The position numbers and the translations under genes were made by a program. A DNA stretch of 63,449 bases, counting the filler, from Basidioascus undulatus (Eukaryota): NCBI GenBank assembly GCA_000826855.1. It is 9 parts of 9 records of this genome, joined end to end, with 100 filler letters (N's around TTAATTAATTAA, not from the genome) between each part and the next. Parts side by side here need not be neighbours in the genome. Positions count along the whole stretch, not along the records: positions 49,382 to 54,005 come from JTLS01002111.1; positions 54,106 to 58,728 come from JTLS01002112.1; positions 58,829 to 63,449 come from JTLS01002113.1; 6 more parts are not named here. One strand, 5' to 3'. Positions 50,481 to 62,402 of this stretch are shown in pieces. Position 1 is the stretch's first letter. Every line of letters begins with the position of its first letter. The notes beneath the pieces were generated by a model. It saw only the letters and a program-made list of their open reading frames with translations, did not search any database and was not told the origin of the DNA.

Positions 50481-53400
50481 ACCAACCTATCGTACCGGCA
50501 GTGTGTGATTCAGAGCGTGCCAAACTCCAGCTTGCCATTTGAACCACGCCCTATTCTTGTTCCTTTTTGTTAATTTACCGAGAAATACTTTGGCCCAAAA
50601 TTAATGTTTTTCTGCTCTTCAGTAGGTACGCACTTGGCGCCTCGCTGGCAATCTGTGGTGCTCAGTGCAGCAATGAGCATGCCTCAAGTGCAGGCTTCGA
50701 ACAATAATGCCCTTCCCGCCGCCTAAAATGTAGAAATGTAGGGGAATGACAGGTTTAATAATCCTAGTGCCCAAATTAAACGACCGCCCTATGGAAGCTC
50801 AACTTGTGGCGTCACTGTCGTCCATGGGTCGCAAGGTCGCAACAAGCGATCGATATGACCGACCCTCTACTCGTCCACACATATTCAAATATAAATGGAA
50901 CAGTCTCTGCACCTCAAGTTGTCCCAGTTTCTACACGAGCTCGCCACCGCCAGGGCGGAAGGTCATGATCGTGGCTGGGAGCTTACAGCCCGCCGACGCG
51001 GACGGCCTACCATCATTTTTCTAAGGTGGGCCCGCATGGTTGTCGGTTCAAACAAGGATTTCAATCAGGCTGGACCTGGTGGAAGCTCGTAAGTCTGCCC
51101 AAAAACGGAGCCCTCTCCGGGCAAAGGGGTCTTGCTGAAGCGCCGGCGTCGAAACATTGCCTTATTCGTCGTTTGACCTCATGCCTTTCCGCCGACTATT
51201 TGATCGGTGTGTCGCATAAACCAAAAGTCTAGAAAGTGGACGGAAGAAGTACATAAGTCCCAGTATCCTCCATGTTCTGACTTCTCAATAGCGCGGGACT
51301 ACGTATGACTCCTCGCTTTCATGACATCGTTTCCAGCTCCTCCGGCACCTTCATTATCCGAGGCTTGGGTTTCTGGGCGGCTTCTTTCTGGGACCTCCCT
51401 GGCGCGATGAACCACAGCTTTCCACTGTCATCGCCTGGCCACCCCGTATTTGTGGTCCTGCACGAGCCCCCCCGGCGACCTGAGAGTGTGTTCGTCTGAG
51501 GTCAATGGCTGGGGGGATGAGGCGTACCGCACAAAGCAGGACGTACAGCGTTGAATTTCACAGACTGCTTTGGGCTGGAAGTCTGGATCAGAGCAGGAAA
51601 GTACTGCTGGGGCCAGTAGCCGTCCCATGGTGTTCTCACTCGTACTGTGCGGTGCGAATGGCAGCACAAGAACTCGATCTTTGACAAGTACTTTCAGGAA
51701 GCTGAATTTGCTCACTTTATTTAATTAGGGCTTACTTATAAAAGGTGTGATTGGGAGGGGATGCTATGGCTGGTGCTATGGCTGGTTGTGGGCAGTCGCT
51801 GCATCGAACTGGGTGGTTTCCGGTATGTGCCCCTTCACAGAGTCTCTGCAGTCCAAAACAGACATGGTTCACAGAGCTGGCAGTCCCAAGACCGGCGGCC
51901 GATATTTCAGATAACGTAAGCTTTACCATTGTCTTCTGACAGGTTACTGCAACCTCTGGCAAGCCTTTCATCTCAGCAGTCGTTGACCACCAGTTGCTCA
52001 TCTTACCCTTACCCCTCAGACAAAATTGTACTGGGACCCGGTCCATTTCAGGCCAAAATTTCTTTCCTTCTTTAATTGTAAATGTACATCCTTCCAGTTC
52101 ATATAGAACTATTTGCCTTCCCTGGTGTGTGGCCAGACTTGAGCTCCTGTCGTGCGGCTGTCCAACGGTGTCTTGCCTGAGAATACTTCGCTCATTTCCT
52201 AACTTGCAGTCAGCAGGTAGAGACAAGTCCTGAATTTCTGTCTCTTACAACTTCAGTGAGAGCGAATGTTCCGACATCCGCAAGGGCGGGCGCTACGTGG
52301 AGACAGGTCTTGACCGCGACTCTCATATTGTCCATCCGGATAGAAATGCAGTGGTACTGCAGCATAGTCCACAAACACAAATAAGGGGAACTGTTGATAT
52401 CAATGCCATGCTACATGTACATCTGCACCTGGCCTTCCGCCGCTCCCGGGGCACGCTCGACAGTCTGCGCTTGCAACACTGCGCGTCCATTGTCAGCATA
52501 AGATTTAGCTTTACCAGAAAAACGACACAGGTTGCGTACGCCCGAATGGCCACGTCTCGCCGTACCGCTACAGCGCCCGAATGCACAGCAGCGTCGACTT
52601 GCGAAGGCCGTCGACTTCTTTTCGCTGCGCGCCGCTGCGCAGCGGCTGCCATGGCGCGCCGAGTGTTGGTCTGCGCGAGTCCAGCAGAGGCTGTTTGTGT
52701 AAAAAAAGGTGTATTTCAGAAGGATAGGGCTGTGTGAGTATTGGGAGAGCGGGGAGGCGTACCGTTATGGGGATGTGCGGCGCGCGATGTCGTACCGAGG
52801 GTTGCGCAGGATGACAGATATTAGACTGACGATCTCCGCTGCGGCCCGGTCGCAGACGGTGCTGGATTCGGTGTTGGACTCGAAGTGCGCTTCGTGCAAG
52901 AGGAGCCACGCCCTGCGAGCCCGCCACTGTCAGTCCGCGGACTACTCGACTGCCAGCCGTAGTTCCAGCACGCTGCACGCACATCGCTGCGATTGTTCTA
53001 GTCGTCATCCTCCCCTCCTCGATAAACGACCCCCTCCACGGCCGGCTCTCCCCCCCTGTCCCCCTCCACCCAGAAGACGCGCGAATGAGCCCGCCGAGTC
53101 CGCGAGCCGCGCCGGCATGCACGGCGGCGAGGCGGTCCGACTCGGGATGCCCGGCATCGCTCGAGACGGGTTCGTTCATCCGCGAGACCCGTGAGGCGAG
53201 CACCATCGCCTTTGCGCGGACGCCTTGCTGGCGGATGAAGGGCGGGTGGTGCAGGAACACTTTGCGGCTTTGGAGAGTTTGGCAGGACGAGAAGGGCCGG
53301 TCAAGATCGTTCTGCACATCAGCGTAGTCGTAAGCTGATGTGGGTGGAAGGGATAGTATTAAGCTAAGGAAAACATCCACAATCAAAATGGGGAGGGTAA

Positions 53401-54005
53401 ACGCTATGGTGACCTCCTCGTCCCCGACGCTGCACGTCGACCACAGGCAGACGACGCTCGTTGCGCGACTGTGCCAGATGAGAAGTCCCTTGAATCGAAA
53501 ACCTGGCCATCAGGAACTTCCGACCAAGGAAAGCGCAGCCTTACGCGCACGTAAAAAAGCTCCACCACAAGTTCAGCTGTCTGCGCCTGCTGGACCGTCG
53601 ACGGCTCGTGCAGCAGGGTCATCCACGCGCCGGGGACGAAGGCCTGTCCGGCGGAGACGTGATTAAATGAGGAGCGCCGGCCGATGACAGCAGCAGCAAG
53701 GCGGGCTGGACTAAATCGGTGCAGACCGAAAGCGATTGCAAGCTTAAACCCTGTGCGGGTAGGATCAGAAGGTGAGAAGGAGTCGAGCTGTGGATGGGTG
53801 GCGGAAACGCACCCGCTCCGATGCTGATCCAGCCAGAGCACACGTCCGAATGGGCGTTTGAGTAATGCTGTGGCCAGAAGATTTTGGCAGTAGGAAGCGA
53901 CCCTCTTCTACAAAATGGACGGAGCCCACCCCAAGGAGAAAATAAGCGCGCAGCACGTCGAGCAAATGCCTGACCGGGACCGTTCAATCAACTACAGCCT
54001 ACGCA

Positions 54006-54105
54006 NNNNNNNNNNNNNNNNNNNNNNNNNNNNNNNNNNNNNNNNNNNNTTAATTAATTAANNNNNNNNNNNNNNNNNNNNNNNNNNNNNNNNNNNNNNN
54101 NNNNN
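54006..54105. other. Artificial contig linker
   Basis: Same spacer. Confidence 0.98.
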
Positions 54106-54929
54106 ACTAATTACGACCAGTGTTCAGAGACCGAAGACTGATTGGCGGTCTCATTTCTCTTGGGTGATGAAGTGCGCGACATTGATCGACAGGCGCTGGC
54201 AAGAACGCCCAAGAGGTGGCAAGGCGCGTTGAAACGAAGTGCAGCCTAGCAAGGAACTAGTGCTCTCATCCATTCCTCGATGAGTGAGCCTACAGACCAA
54301 GAGGTTCGCGCATCATCTTGGCTGTCTGTACCGACCCAATACGTGGTACACTAATGTGTGAGGATCGTTGTTTTGGGGACGACGACGCGCCTTGAGAAAC
54401 ATATCAGCCGTCAGCCTGGTAGCGCAATGTACACAGTCCTCGACCATTTCCGGACTGGCGAAAGTATTGAAAACTAAGTTTTGTCAAATTCTGTGTCTGA
54501 ATTAACTCTACATGTCATGAACGTGCACCCTTACGACCTCATTTGGATTGGCTGGTCATCTTTGCTTGCTAGTTTCAAGCCCGCTAGATGGAGCTTGTTG
54601 CCAATGGAAGCTGAGAATCGAGCATCTCTAGACTCTTCGCCTCATCCTTCTTAATCCGGTCTGAATCAAAGCCTTCTCATCTGCGCGTCGCAGTTTGCTG
54701 CACTTGGCTTGTGGATTCGGCTCCGCTGAGCAGAGCGTGGGCCTCGAGCGTATGATATAGCGTGCACGGTTGAAACGAATGAGTGGCGTTCACTCTTTCT
54801 TCGGGCACAGTAAGCGATACTCCCAAACAATTAGCCAGATTGATCCCAGTCGCGGACTGGGAGATACACCGCCCCCAAATCCGTCACACCAATCTGGTAA
54901 AGAGTTGGCTACGTCTACCGACAGACGCC

Positions 54930-56990
54930 TTAATTTTTCCTAATTCTTTTAGACCCAATCTGACGGCGATCAATATGGTTGAAAACTCCCGGTGTCGCAA
55001 TGGAGTGCCGTCGGTGTGGACCCGCGTACGTGACCAACGGACCCCTTCTGAAGCGCACCGAGAGTGCTGACCAGCGACGGGTCACCGAGCTTCGCGTGTG
55101 CGACCCGCCTGCCTCCTCCTGCAAGTGCGCGCACCAGCATCTGGGAGTTCTCCGCGCTGGGCTCCACGTGGAGGTATCTGACTGGACTTCTACCTCTCGA
55201 GTCCAGGCGTAGTGGGACAGGGACGCGCCCCTCCCTGCGCCGAGATCGAGGCTTACCTGTGAACCACCCAGACCCGCTGCCGATGAGTATATGACGCGCT
55301 TGAGCTCACACGGCCTCCACTCTACCGATGGCGAGGGGGTCACCTTCCTCGCCCACTGCAGACTGAAGTACCGCAAGGCAGGCAGCTGCATCATTCGCTA
55401 GCATCTTATCAGGCCTATGGAACACCTCGAGCACCTCTACGCTGGGGAAGCCACCCCCGCCCCCGCCGCCGTGAAGCGCAACTCCATATCTCTCCGAAGG
55501 GAAGGTCTTCAATGACGTCCCTCACGAGGACATGTCCGTCCTCAGTCTCGAGCTCATACCGATCGTTGATCTTGAGCTCAATGGACTTGATGTCCTTCAC
55601 CTTCACCGTTACGCCTGTGTCCTGGGTCACTGCAACAAGCCCGTCGGTAGGGAACCCACACTCCAGCGAGTATCTCGTGGCCTCGGTAGCGGAGGGGAAG
55701 TACCCGCACCAGTACGTCAATGCCCAGCTCGCCAAGTGACTCGAGTCTGTCACTGAGCTTGCTGATCGGCCTGGTTAAGGAGCGAGGTTTCCTGAGGGCC
55801 CCATGAGAATGTCTATGAGGACGTATGTACTCGTGACCGCGGAGGAGGACAGCGGGGTGATGCTCATGTTGTGGATGGACGACCAGGCCCGGATAGTGGA
55901 GGGGCGAGCGTACCACCGCCTTATGCGAGTTTGTGGGGATAGGGTGGGGATGCGGACTTGGACTGAGGATGAGAGGGGAGAGGGTTGTATGATGCGATGT
56001 TGTGTTGTATCCATTGATATGAGAGATATTTCCGGTCCTGATAAAGCGGAGTCGAAATGGGGTAGGCGGACGCTGGGGAGATTGAGTGCGAGCGGGGAAT
56101 CGGGAAGTGGAAGATCGTAGCGAAAGTACCGAGACGGTATCGCGATTAGTTTTGAGAAGGACCTGGAAGCAGTGGTATTGACGAGAGAGACATGGAGCGC
56201 GCAGAGCAGAGCAGTGCAGCGTAAAAGAAGGCGCGGCGCGCAGTTGGTCGAGCACAAGCTACTGCGCTTCAGTAGCTGATAAGCAAGCGCCGATATAGAG
56301 GCGGATTGTGGTGCCAGAGAGGGCAAAGATGGTCGAGGAGGCGGTCGAACGGCAGCGGCGCCATCATTGAGGAGCCTAAAGCTGCGTGAGTCGGGTACTT
56401 GTCTTCTTCCCACCACTCCATCCCTAAACCCCAATCCCGTCCTGTCCGTCCCCGCCACAATTCAAGTTCCCCGCAGAATACTCCAGTTTCGATGGATCTC
56501 GTATCCCCCGGACAAGATAGCAGCCGAATGCAGCGAGCGTGCAGCTTGTACGGCAGGCCGGTTAAGATGGAAAATGCGGGAACTGGCGGGGAATTGGGAG
56601 GGGATGTGGAGATGCTAGGAGGCGTAGTGGTGTAGGAAGGAATGGAAGGCACGGGGATGAAAGCAGATGGAGTGGAGGGTGAGCGGGAGAGGGAGAGGAG
56701 GCAGGTGGATGCGGCGATCCTTTTGAAGAAGCGGAGAGGTGCTCGAGGCGGCCTCCGGCTGCAGTCAGGTTGGACTGGGGAAGTCAAAAGAAAGACGATG
56801 AGGTGCGAGCGATGCAAAGCGGTCGATGAATGAGGTGGAGGTGGCGCTCGCGATGATTTGAGCGTCCTGAATGATCGACAAGACTTGAAGAGCATGAAAA
56901 CCTCTGAGGGTGGTTCGAAACATTGCTCTGTGAGGTTGCAGGACAGGAAGAAGACGGTAATCAACCGTGGTGAGGCGTCGTCGCGCATTG
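54930..56990 (-). pseudogene. Degenerate gene, possibly an F-box/LRR-like orphan
   Basis: Coding-like segments (VKVKDIKSIELKINDRYEL; FPSVEVLEVF; MQLPALRYFSLQW) run through successive frame changes; identity and boundaries are uncertain. Confidence 0.25.
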
Positions 56991-57193
56991 GCGAGCTATC
57001 GAGCGACGATCCCTTTCTAACTCGACCCATTGCGGTGGTGTATGTCGATATCAGGGCATTTCTAGGGTATGAGTCTACACCCCATCTACCATTCTTGATC
57101 TAACACCCCCTCCGGCTTAAAAGCCTGCTCCGAAACCACGACGAGACACGACGCGACTCACCATGCTCACGTCGCTTTCCTTCCCACACACCC

Positions 57194-57460
57194 TCACCCG
57201 CCACTGACAGGCGGTATAACCGCAACGACCTCTCCTCCCTTCAAAACTACCCCCTCGTCAAGCCCGACCATCTCCTCGTTCACGCTCCACCCGCTGCGGC
57301 CGAGGACCTCGGAGATGTGGGGATGTCTTTGTGCGATGAGCGCGGGGAGGTCCGCGAGGGGGAGGGTGCCGGTGTCGGGGAAGGGGAGGGTCTCTGAGCG
57401 GGTGGTCGGGGAGGGTGTGGCTGATGCGAAGTAGAGGATCGTTATTGTTGGTCGCGCCAT
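57194..57460 (-). CDS. MOCS2A: Molybdopterin synthase sulfur-carrier small subunit (MoaD/MOCS2A/CnxG), intronless
   Basis: 88 aa: ITILYFA, WSVNEEMV, LKGGEVVAVIPPVSGG* with a C-terminal diglycine. Confidence 0.95.
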   Translation of the reverse strand: MARPTITILYFASATPSPTTRSETLPFPDTGTLPLADLPALIAQRHPHISEVLGRSGWSVNEEMVGLDEGVVLKGGEVVAVIPPVSGG

Positions 57461-57716
57461 TGTTGGGACGAGAGGAGAGGGGCGGTGTGGAGTCGAGGTC
57501 GACCGAGGGTGCAGTGGTGGGCCTTCTTTGGCGATTCGGGGCGGAGCACATAGTCAGGTTAAGTATTCCGGACATGCATGCTTCCCCACGTGTTTCCGGT
57601 CCTTATCCTCTTGATCCACACTTTCAAATCACACTCTACGCCATTTTGGCGGTCAGGGCGGGGCTTGATACCCTTTCCAGTATACCGCCATCACCTCCAC
57701 TGCTGCAGGCCAGGTG

Positions 57717-58728
57717 ATGCCGGCGAAGTACACGTCCTCCGCCAAAAAGCGGCGCCAGGCCGCAGTCGAGTCCCCGCCGTCCGACGACGCGTCTTCGCCC
57801 TCCGAATCAGCAGACGACGCGCCCGCGCCCACGCCGAGCAAGTCGCTCACGCCTCGTCAAGCGAAGGCGCGGCATGGGGCACGCGCCGCGCCCACCCCCT
57901 CCTCGTCCAAGCGCGCGCGTCTGCCCGCGTCTGCGTATAAAGAGGAGTCCCAGACCCAGCGCGACGGGTTCCAGGTCGCCCCTCAGGCGTCGCAGGCGTC
58001 GTCCGGTTCGACCGAGTGGGAGGCGCTGGAGATTATCAAGCAGCGTGCGGACAAGAAGGTCCTCATTCGCTGGGCGGGCACCGACCCCGACACGGGCGAG
58101 GCGTGGAAGCCCACCTGGGAGCCGCTCAGCAATTGCAATGCCCAGTTGAGGGAGGAGTGGGAGGAGAAGCAGCGCGAGGCGAAGGAGAGGAATAAGGCGA
58201 GGGGCAAGGATAAGGGGAAGGCGTCGGCCGCGGGGACGCCGGCGAAGAGGGGCAGGGCTGCGGGCGAGGGAAGCGCGAGGAAAGGTGCGCTCACTCTTAT
58301 TCCACTCCCATCCTCCTTTTCGGCGTTGAATGAGTCTCCTTCAACCGCCCTCCAGTCCCTGACTCCGTACGCAGCAAGACCCGCTCGAAGGCCAGCACAC
58401 CCGCCGACGACGCCAGCTCCGTCGCGTCATCCTCGCGCCGGCGCTCCGCGCGCCTCTCCTCCCAAATCCGCCTCGACTCCTCAGACGACGACGAGCCCGC
58501 GCCGCGGACGCGTTCCAAGGGCAAGGGCCGCGCGCGCAGCCCGGAGGTCGACGAGGAGGAACAGGAGCAGGACGACGAGGAGCAGGAGGAGCTGCGCGCG
58601 CCGCTGCCACCAACTACACGCCGTGGTACCCCGAAACGGAAGAGCAAGGCGCGCGCGCCGAGCCCGCCCGTGGGAGAGGACGAGGAACAGGCGGACGAGC
58701 CGCGCGAGGTCTCTGCGTCGCCCGAGCC
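57717..58728 (+). CDS. Chromo-domain-containing nuclear protein, 3'-partial
   Basis: EWEALEIIKQRADKKVLIRWAGTDPDTGEAWKPTWEPLSNCNAQLREEW, flanked by basic NLS-like and acidic disordered regions. Confidence 0.8.
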
Positions 58729-58828
58729 NNNNNNNNNNNNNNNNNNNNNNNNNNNNNNNNNNNNNNNNNNNNTTAATTAATTAANNNNNNNNNNNNNNNN
58801 NNNNNNNNNNNNNNNNNNNNNNNNNNNN
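58729..58828. other. Artificial contig linker
   Basis: Same spacer. Confidence 0.98.
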
Positions 58829-58879
58829 GGGGGGGGCGAAGTCAGCTGGGCAGGTGAAGCGGAGGGGCTGAAACGCGTC

Positions 58880-59850
58880 CCGGCTGGCCTGCACTGGCAA
58901 AACTTGCACCCTCGGTAGCTTAGCTGCGGATGACTCGCAAGTGCACACCAATTGATGTTTCCCACACCGCACGCTCCTCCCATCAATATTGTGACAACAT
59001 ACATGATCCGAGCCGCCGCTTATAGGACCATTACACAGGAATCAAGGAGGTCGACTGCGTCCTTCTGGTACACCGCGCACTTCCAGCGCCGGTAACTCTG
59101 CTACCGGTTCTCGAAATAATGGCACTGCAACCATGGTCCATTTTATATACGCTGCGGATTTCTGTAGCGATACTGAACATGACGTGGGTGTATTCCTTCT
59201 GGCAGAGGACGTACATGAGAAATGTAGTCGGCGACAAAGGGCTGCTCAAGCCTGCCCGCTAGCGGACTCCGGAGCCGGTCAAGATGCCATGGAATCGGTT
59301 TATTTCGGATGGAATGGTCTGCCGAATTTTGCCCCATGCAATGTGCAAGAAAATATGGGGCTGGTGGTAGTTGAGTACACATTCGTGGCGAACGGCAGCT
59401 GGTCCTACTTATTCCTGCCGTACTCAGGCTGGCGAACGGACATTTGGCCTTTCGGGTTAGAGCGTGGCCGAGTAAGGCAAGTCGTCGCCAATACACAAAG
59501 TTGGAGTTATTAAATAAGTCTAGGATTGACTCCAAGTGAAGAGAGTGAGTCCGTCAGGGTGACTGCAAGAGATCAAGGAGGAGCAAACTTTGCGGTGCGA
59601 TGGCATGTCAGCTAGCGGCCGCAAGTATCGTCCGTCCCCCTTATTTATCGCACGCTCATGCCGTCCGAGAGCACCAATCCTGGTAATACATCTCGACTCC
59701 ACCGCTTTTCGATAAATGTGGGTGTCACCGGTATTTCCGTATCATATCCAAGCCTCATTGCTGAAGCACACAGGCGGACGCGCCAGGCTTCCCATGCCGG
59801 CTCCCAGCATCACCGAGTTGATGGCGCCGGCGTGCCCTGCAATGTCAAGT
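58880..59850 (-). mobile_element. Decayed non-LTR (LINE/Tad-like) reverse transcriptase relic
   Basis: RT-like remnants in the correct order, with stops and frameshifts: YLRPLADMPSHRKVCSSLI (~YRPISLL..LGKV), AVRHECVL (~FD.V.H..LL), GSGVR*RAGLSSPLSPTTFLMYV (~GVPQGSPLSPILF..Y), SVYKMDH (~YxDD), LSYRGCKF (~YLG). Confidence 0.6.
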
Positions 59851-60814
59851 AACCATGGGACGAAATAAACAAGCTGTTAACTGGACATGTAGTCATTTTA
59901 CAGCTACGGAAGGTGAGCTAGAATCCAGAAAGACTTGTGCTCAACGTCGTTGCAAGAGGGCTGGCTTGCGTGTGGAATGGTCCGGCAGGCGAGGGCCGCA
60001 GTAGGACAAAGGTGAATGTTGGAAAGTGAAGCGATCTCAAAGCAAATCTGCAATGGGTCGGACTGCGTTAGAGTGGCCAGGAGACGCTTCGCGAAAAGGT
60101 GGTGGTGGTTGCATGTGCTTTTGGATGCACAGCAGTACTGTCGCTGCAGTGACCATCAGGAGTAACGGAAAACAGGATCCTCCCACCTTATGGAGCATTA
60201 CACAGACTGAACTTGTTCTGAATCAAGGAGGCGAAGTCTGCACAGAAACACAAATGTCTACCGCTGCAATTCGAAGGCCGGTGGTACGTTCAGACCTTCA
60301 ATCTTTCCCCTTTCTAAGTTCTCAATGCACTTCCCCTTACAAGAATACTCGTGAGGAACAATGTAGATCCCTCGGAAATAGTTATAGGAAACAAACCTGG
60401 TTTCTAAGTGAATTGCGAATCCTGAGCCGGGCAAGTCCAATCCACAATGTCAGGCATAGTTGCCCTCTCTCCTTCCAAGGCCGTGCAATCTAACGAAGAG
60501 CGCTATTCCTTTTCCATCCACGCAGCGATTATTTGCCTCATAAGGCGGCCATAAGTCTCCTCTTAATCTCACCTATCCTGTTCCACGTCCTCCAACCTTC
60601 CGTAATCGTCGACGGCCAGACCGGAGTCCAGTCCAGCCGCGCAGGCACGTCACGCCACATCACGTTATGTCAATTCATGTCATCTTCGGGGGTATGCGTG
60701 CAGCGCCCTCCCGTCCAAAGGGAGGGCGATGGCTAAAAGTACACGGATGCGGTTCGGTCGGGCGAGGATGCGGGTCGATGCGGTGGGTCGGAATGGAATA
60801 GGGAGAGGAGAGGG

Positions 60815-61946
60815 TTACTTGGCGGTCGCGTACTGGTGCAGGCAAGGTCAGCTGATTAGAAGAAGGAGAATGCATGGCCGTGGTGTGGGTCGAAAGAGAA
60901 GAAGGAGAGGGGAGAAAGAGATTCACGCGCACCTTCTTCACGTACTCCTTCGCCGTCTTCTCATACTGCTTCGGCTCCATCTGCGCCATAATCACCACGT
61001 AAGCGCCCAGATATAGATAGAGGAAAGATAACCCGGGAAAAGCTTGGGGCGGGGGAGACGGACCTTGTACATCTCCGCGATGGACGCGACGAGGGGGTCA
61101 TCCGGGTTGGGCTCGACGAGGAGGTTCGAGATGGCGAGGAGGACTTTGGAATTGCCTCTTGCGGTCAGCGCACCTGTCTGTGCTTGGAAGGACGGAAACA
61201 GACGCACCTTGCGACATCTTCGTCGCGGGCTTCCACGCGTCCGGCTTCAGGAGGCCTGCTCACGCCCTAGCCTTAGCTTCCTTTCCTCCTCTCGCAGGAC
61301 TTTCTTGGACAGAGCAAACACGCACCAATGCAGATGTTACCGTCCTCATCGAAGTTGGGGTGGAAGATGCGCGTCTCGAACTTGATCTGTTTGTCGTCCT
61401 CCCACCTTAGCATCGGAGAAAACGGTTCCAAAGCAAGGGAGACCGCGAGGAGGACGAATGGAGGGAAGGAGGGGAGGAGAGGGAACGGACGGTAGGCGGC
61501 TTGAAGGGGTAGTTGTCCGGGAACGTAACGGAGAGGTGGAACGTCCCGCCTTTATAGGGCGTGTTTGCCTGTCGAACGCCCACCGTAATCCCACACTTTA
61601 GCTTCACCTCTCCTCAGCACCGAGTCCAAAGCAACGCACCGGCCCCTCAATCGTCCCTGTTCCGCACACCCATCCGCATCCACACCCGCACCCGACCTGC
61701 ATCAGCCGCTCGCCTCGGAGGATGCGAGGGAGAGGGAGGGAGGGAGGGAGAGAGGGAAAGGCGCACCTTTCCACAGCATGATGTTGTCCTCCGCCGGCTG
61801 GAGTTCCACGCCTTTGATAGGCTCCTTCGAGAGGTTGCCCAGCTCCTGCGTCCCCGCGCACCCACACATACCCTTGTCAGTTCCAGGGTCCCAGCTAAGC
61901 CTGCTAGGTACCTGCGCACCATCGTGATTCGGCGGGTGGCGGCCAT
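60815..61946 (-). CDS. Ubiquitin-conjugating enzyme E2, Ubc14/UBE2L3-like; spliced
   Basis: [88 protein letters not shown]. Confidence 0.92.
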
Positions 61947-62402
61947 AATTTCGTTCGGTGGAGTTGATTAGGTTATGGGGCTGGGAGAGGAAGGTGTGGA
62001 GATGATGAAGTAGGAGGGGAAGAGGAAGGGGAAGGGTAAAGGGGAGAGCGGATGAGAGCGAGCGGCAAGATGACGGCAGCTTCGCGGTCGCAAGGTCGCG
62101 CGCGGAGCGCGACTGTTCATTTCGGGGGCTGGCGACTAAGGCTCGCTCTTCGCACCGGACATGCCCTCGCCATGCCAAGCACGGGATTTTAATATGAAAA
62201 AAGAAACGAGGTAGTTGCAGGAGGCTGAAGTTGCGTCATGTTCCTCGAAGAGACATGAGTACGAAAGAGCACAGGCAGTCCGCCTGCAGTCTGCGTACCA
62301 TCCGTAACAAGCACAGGAAATCCCATGAACGAGAAAAGCAAAGCGAACTCAAACGCAATATGCACAACGAAAACCCAATCTCCCCATCCTCTCCCAAATC
62401 CT

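Noticed and set aside
56269..57460. Bicistronic MOCS2A/MOCS2B arrangement as in animals
   Set aside because: Sequence overlapping and downstream of the small subunit shows no MoaE motifs.
4647..58828. Regularly spaced TTAATTAATTAA repeats as a CRISPR-like or biological array
   Set aside because: Each is centred in identical N padding; this is an artificial six-frame-stop linker.
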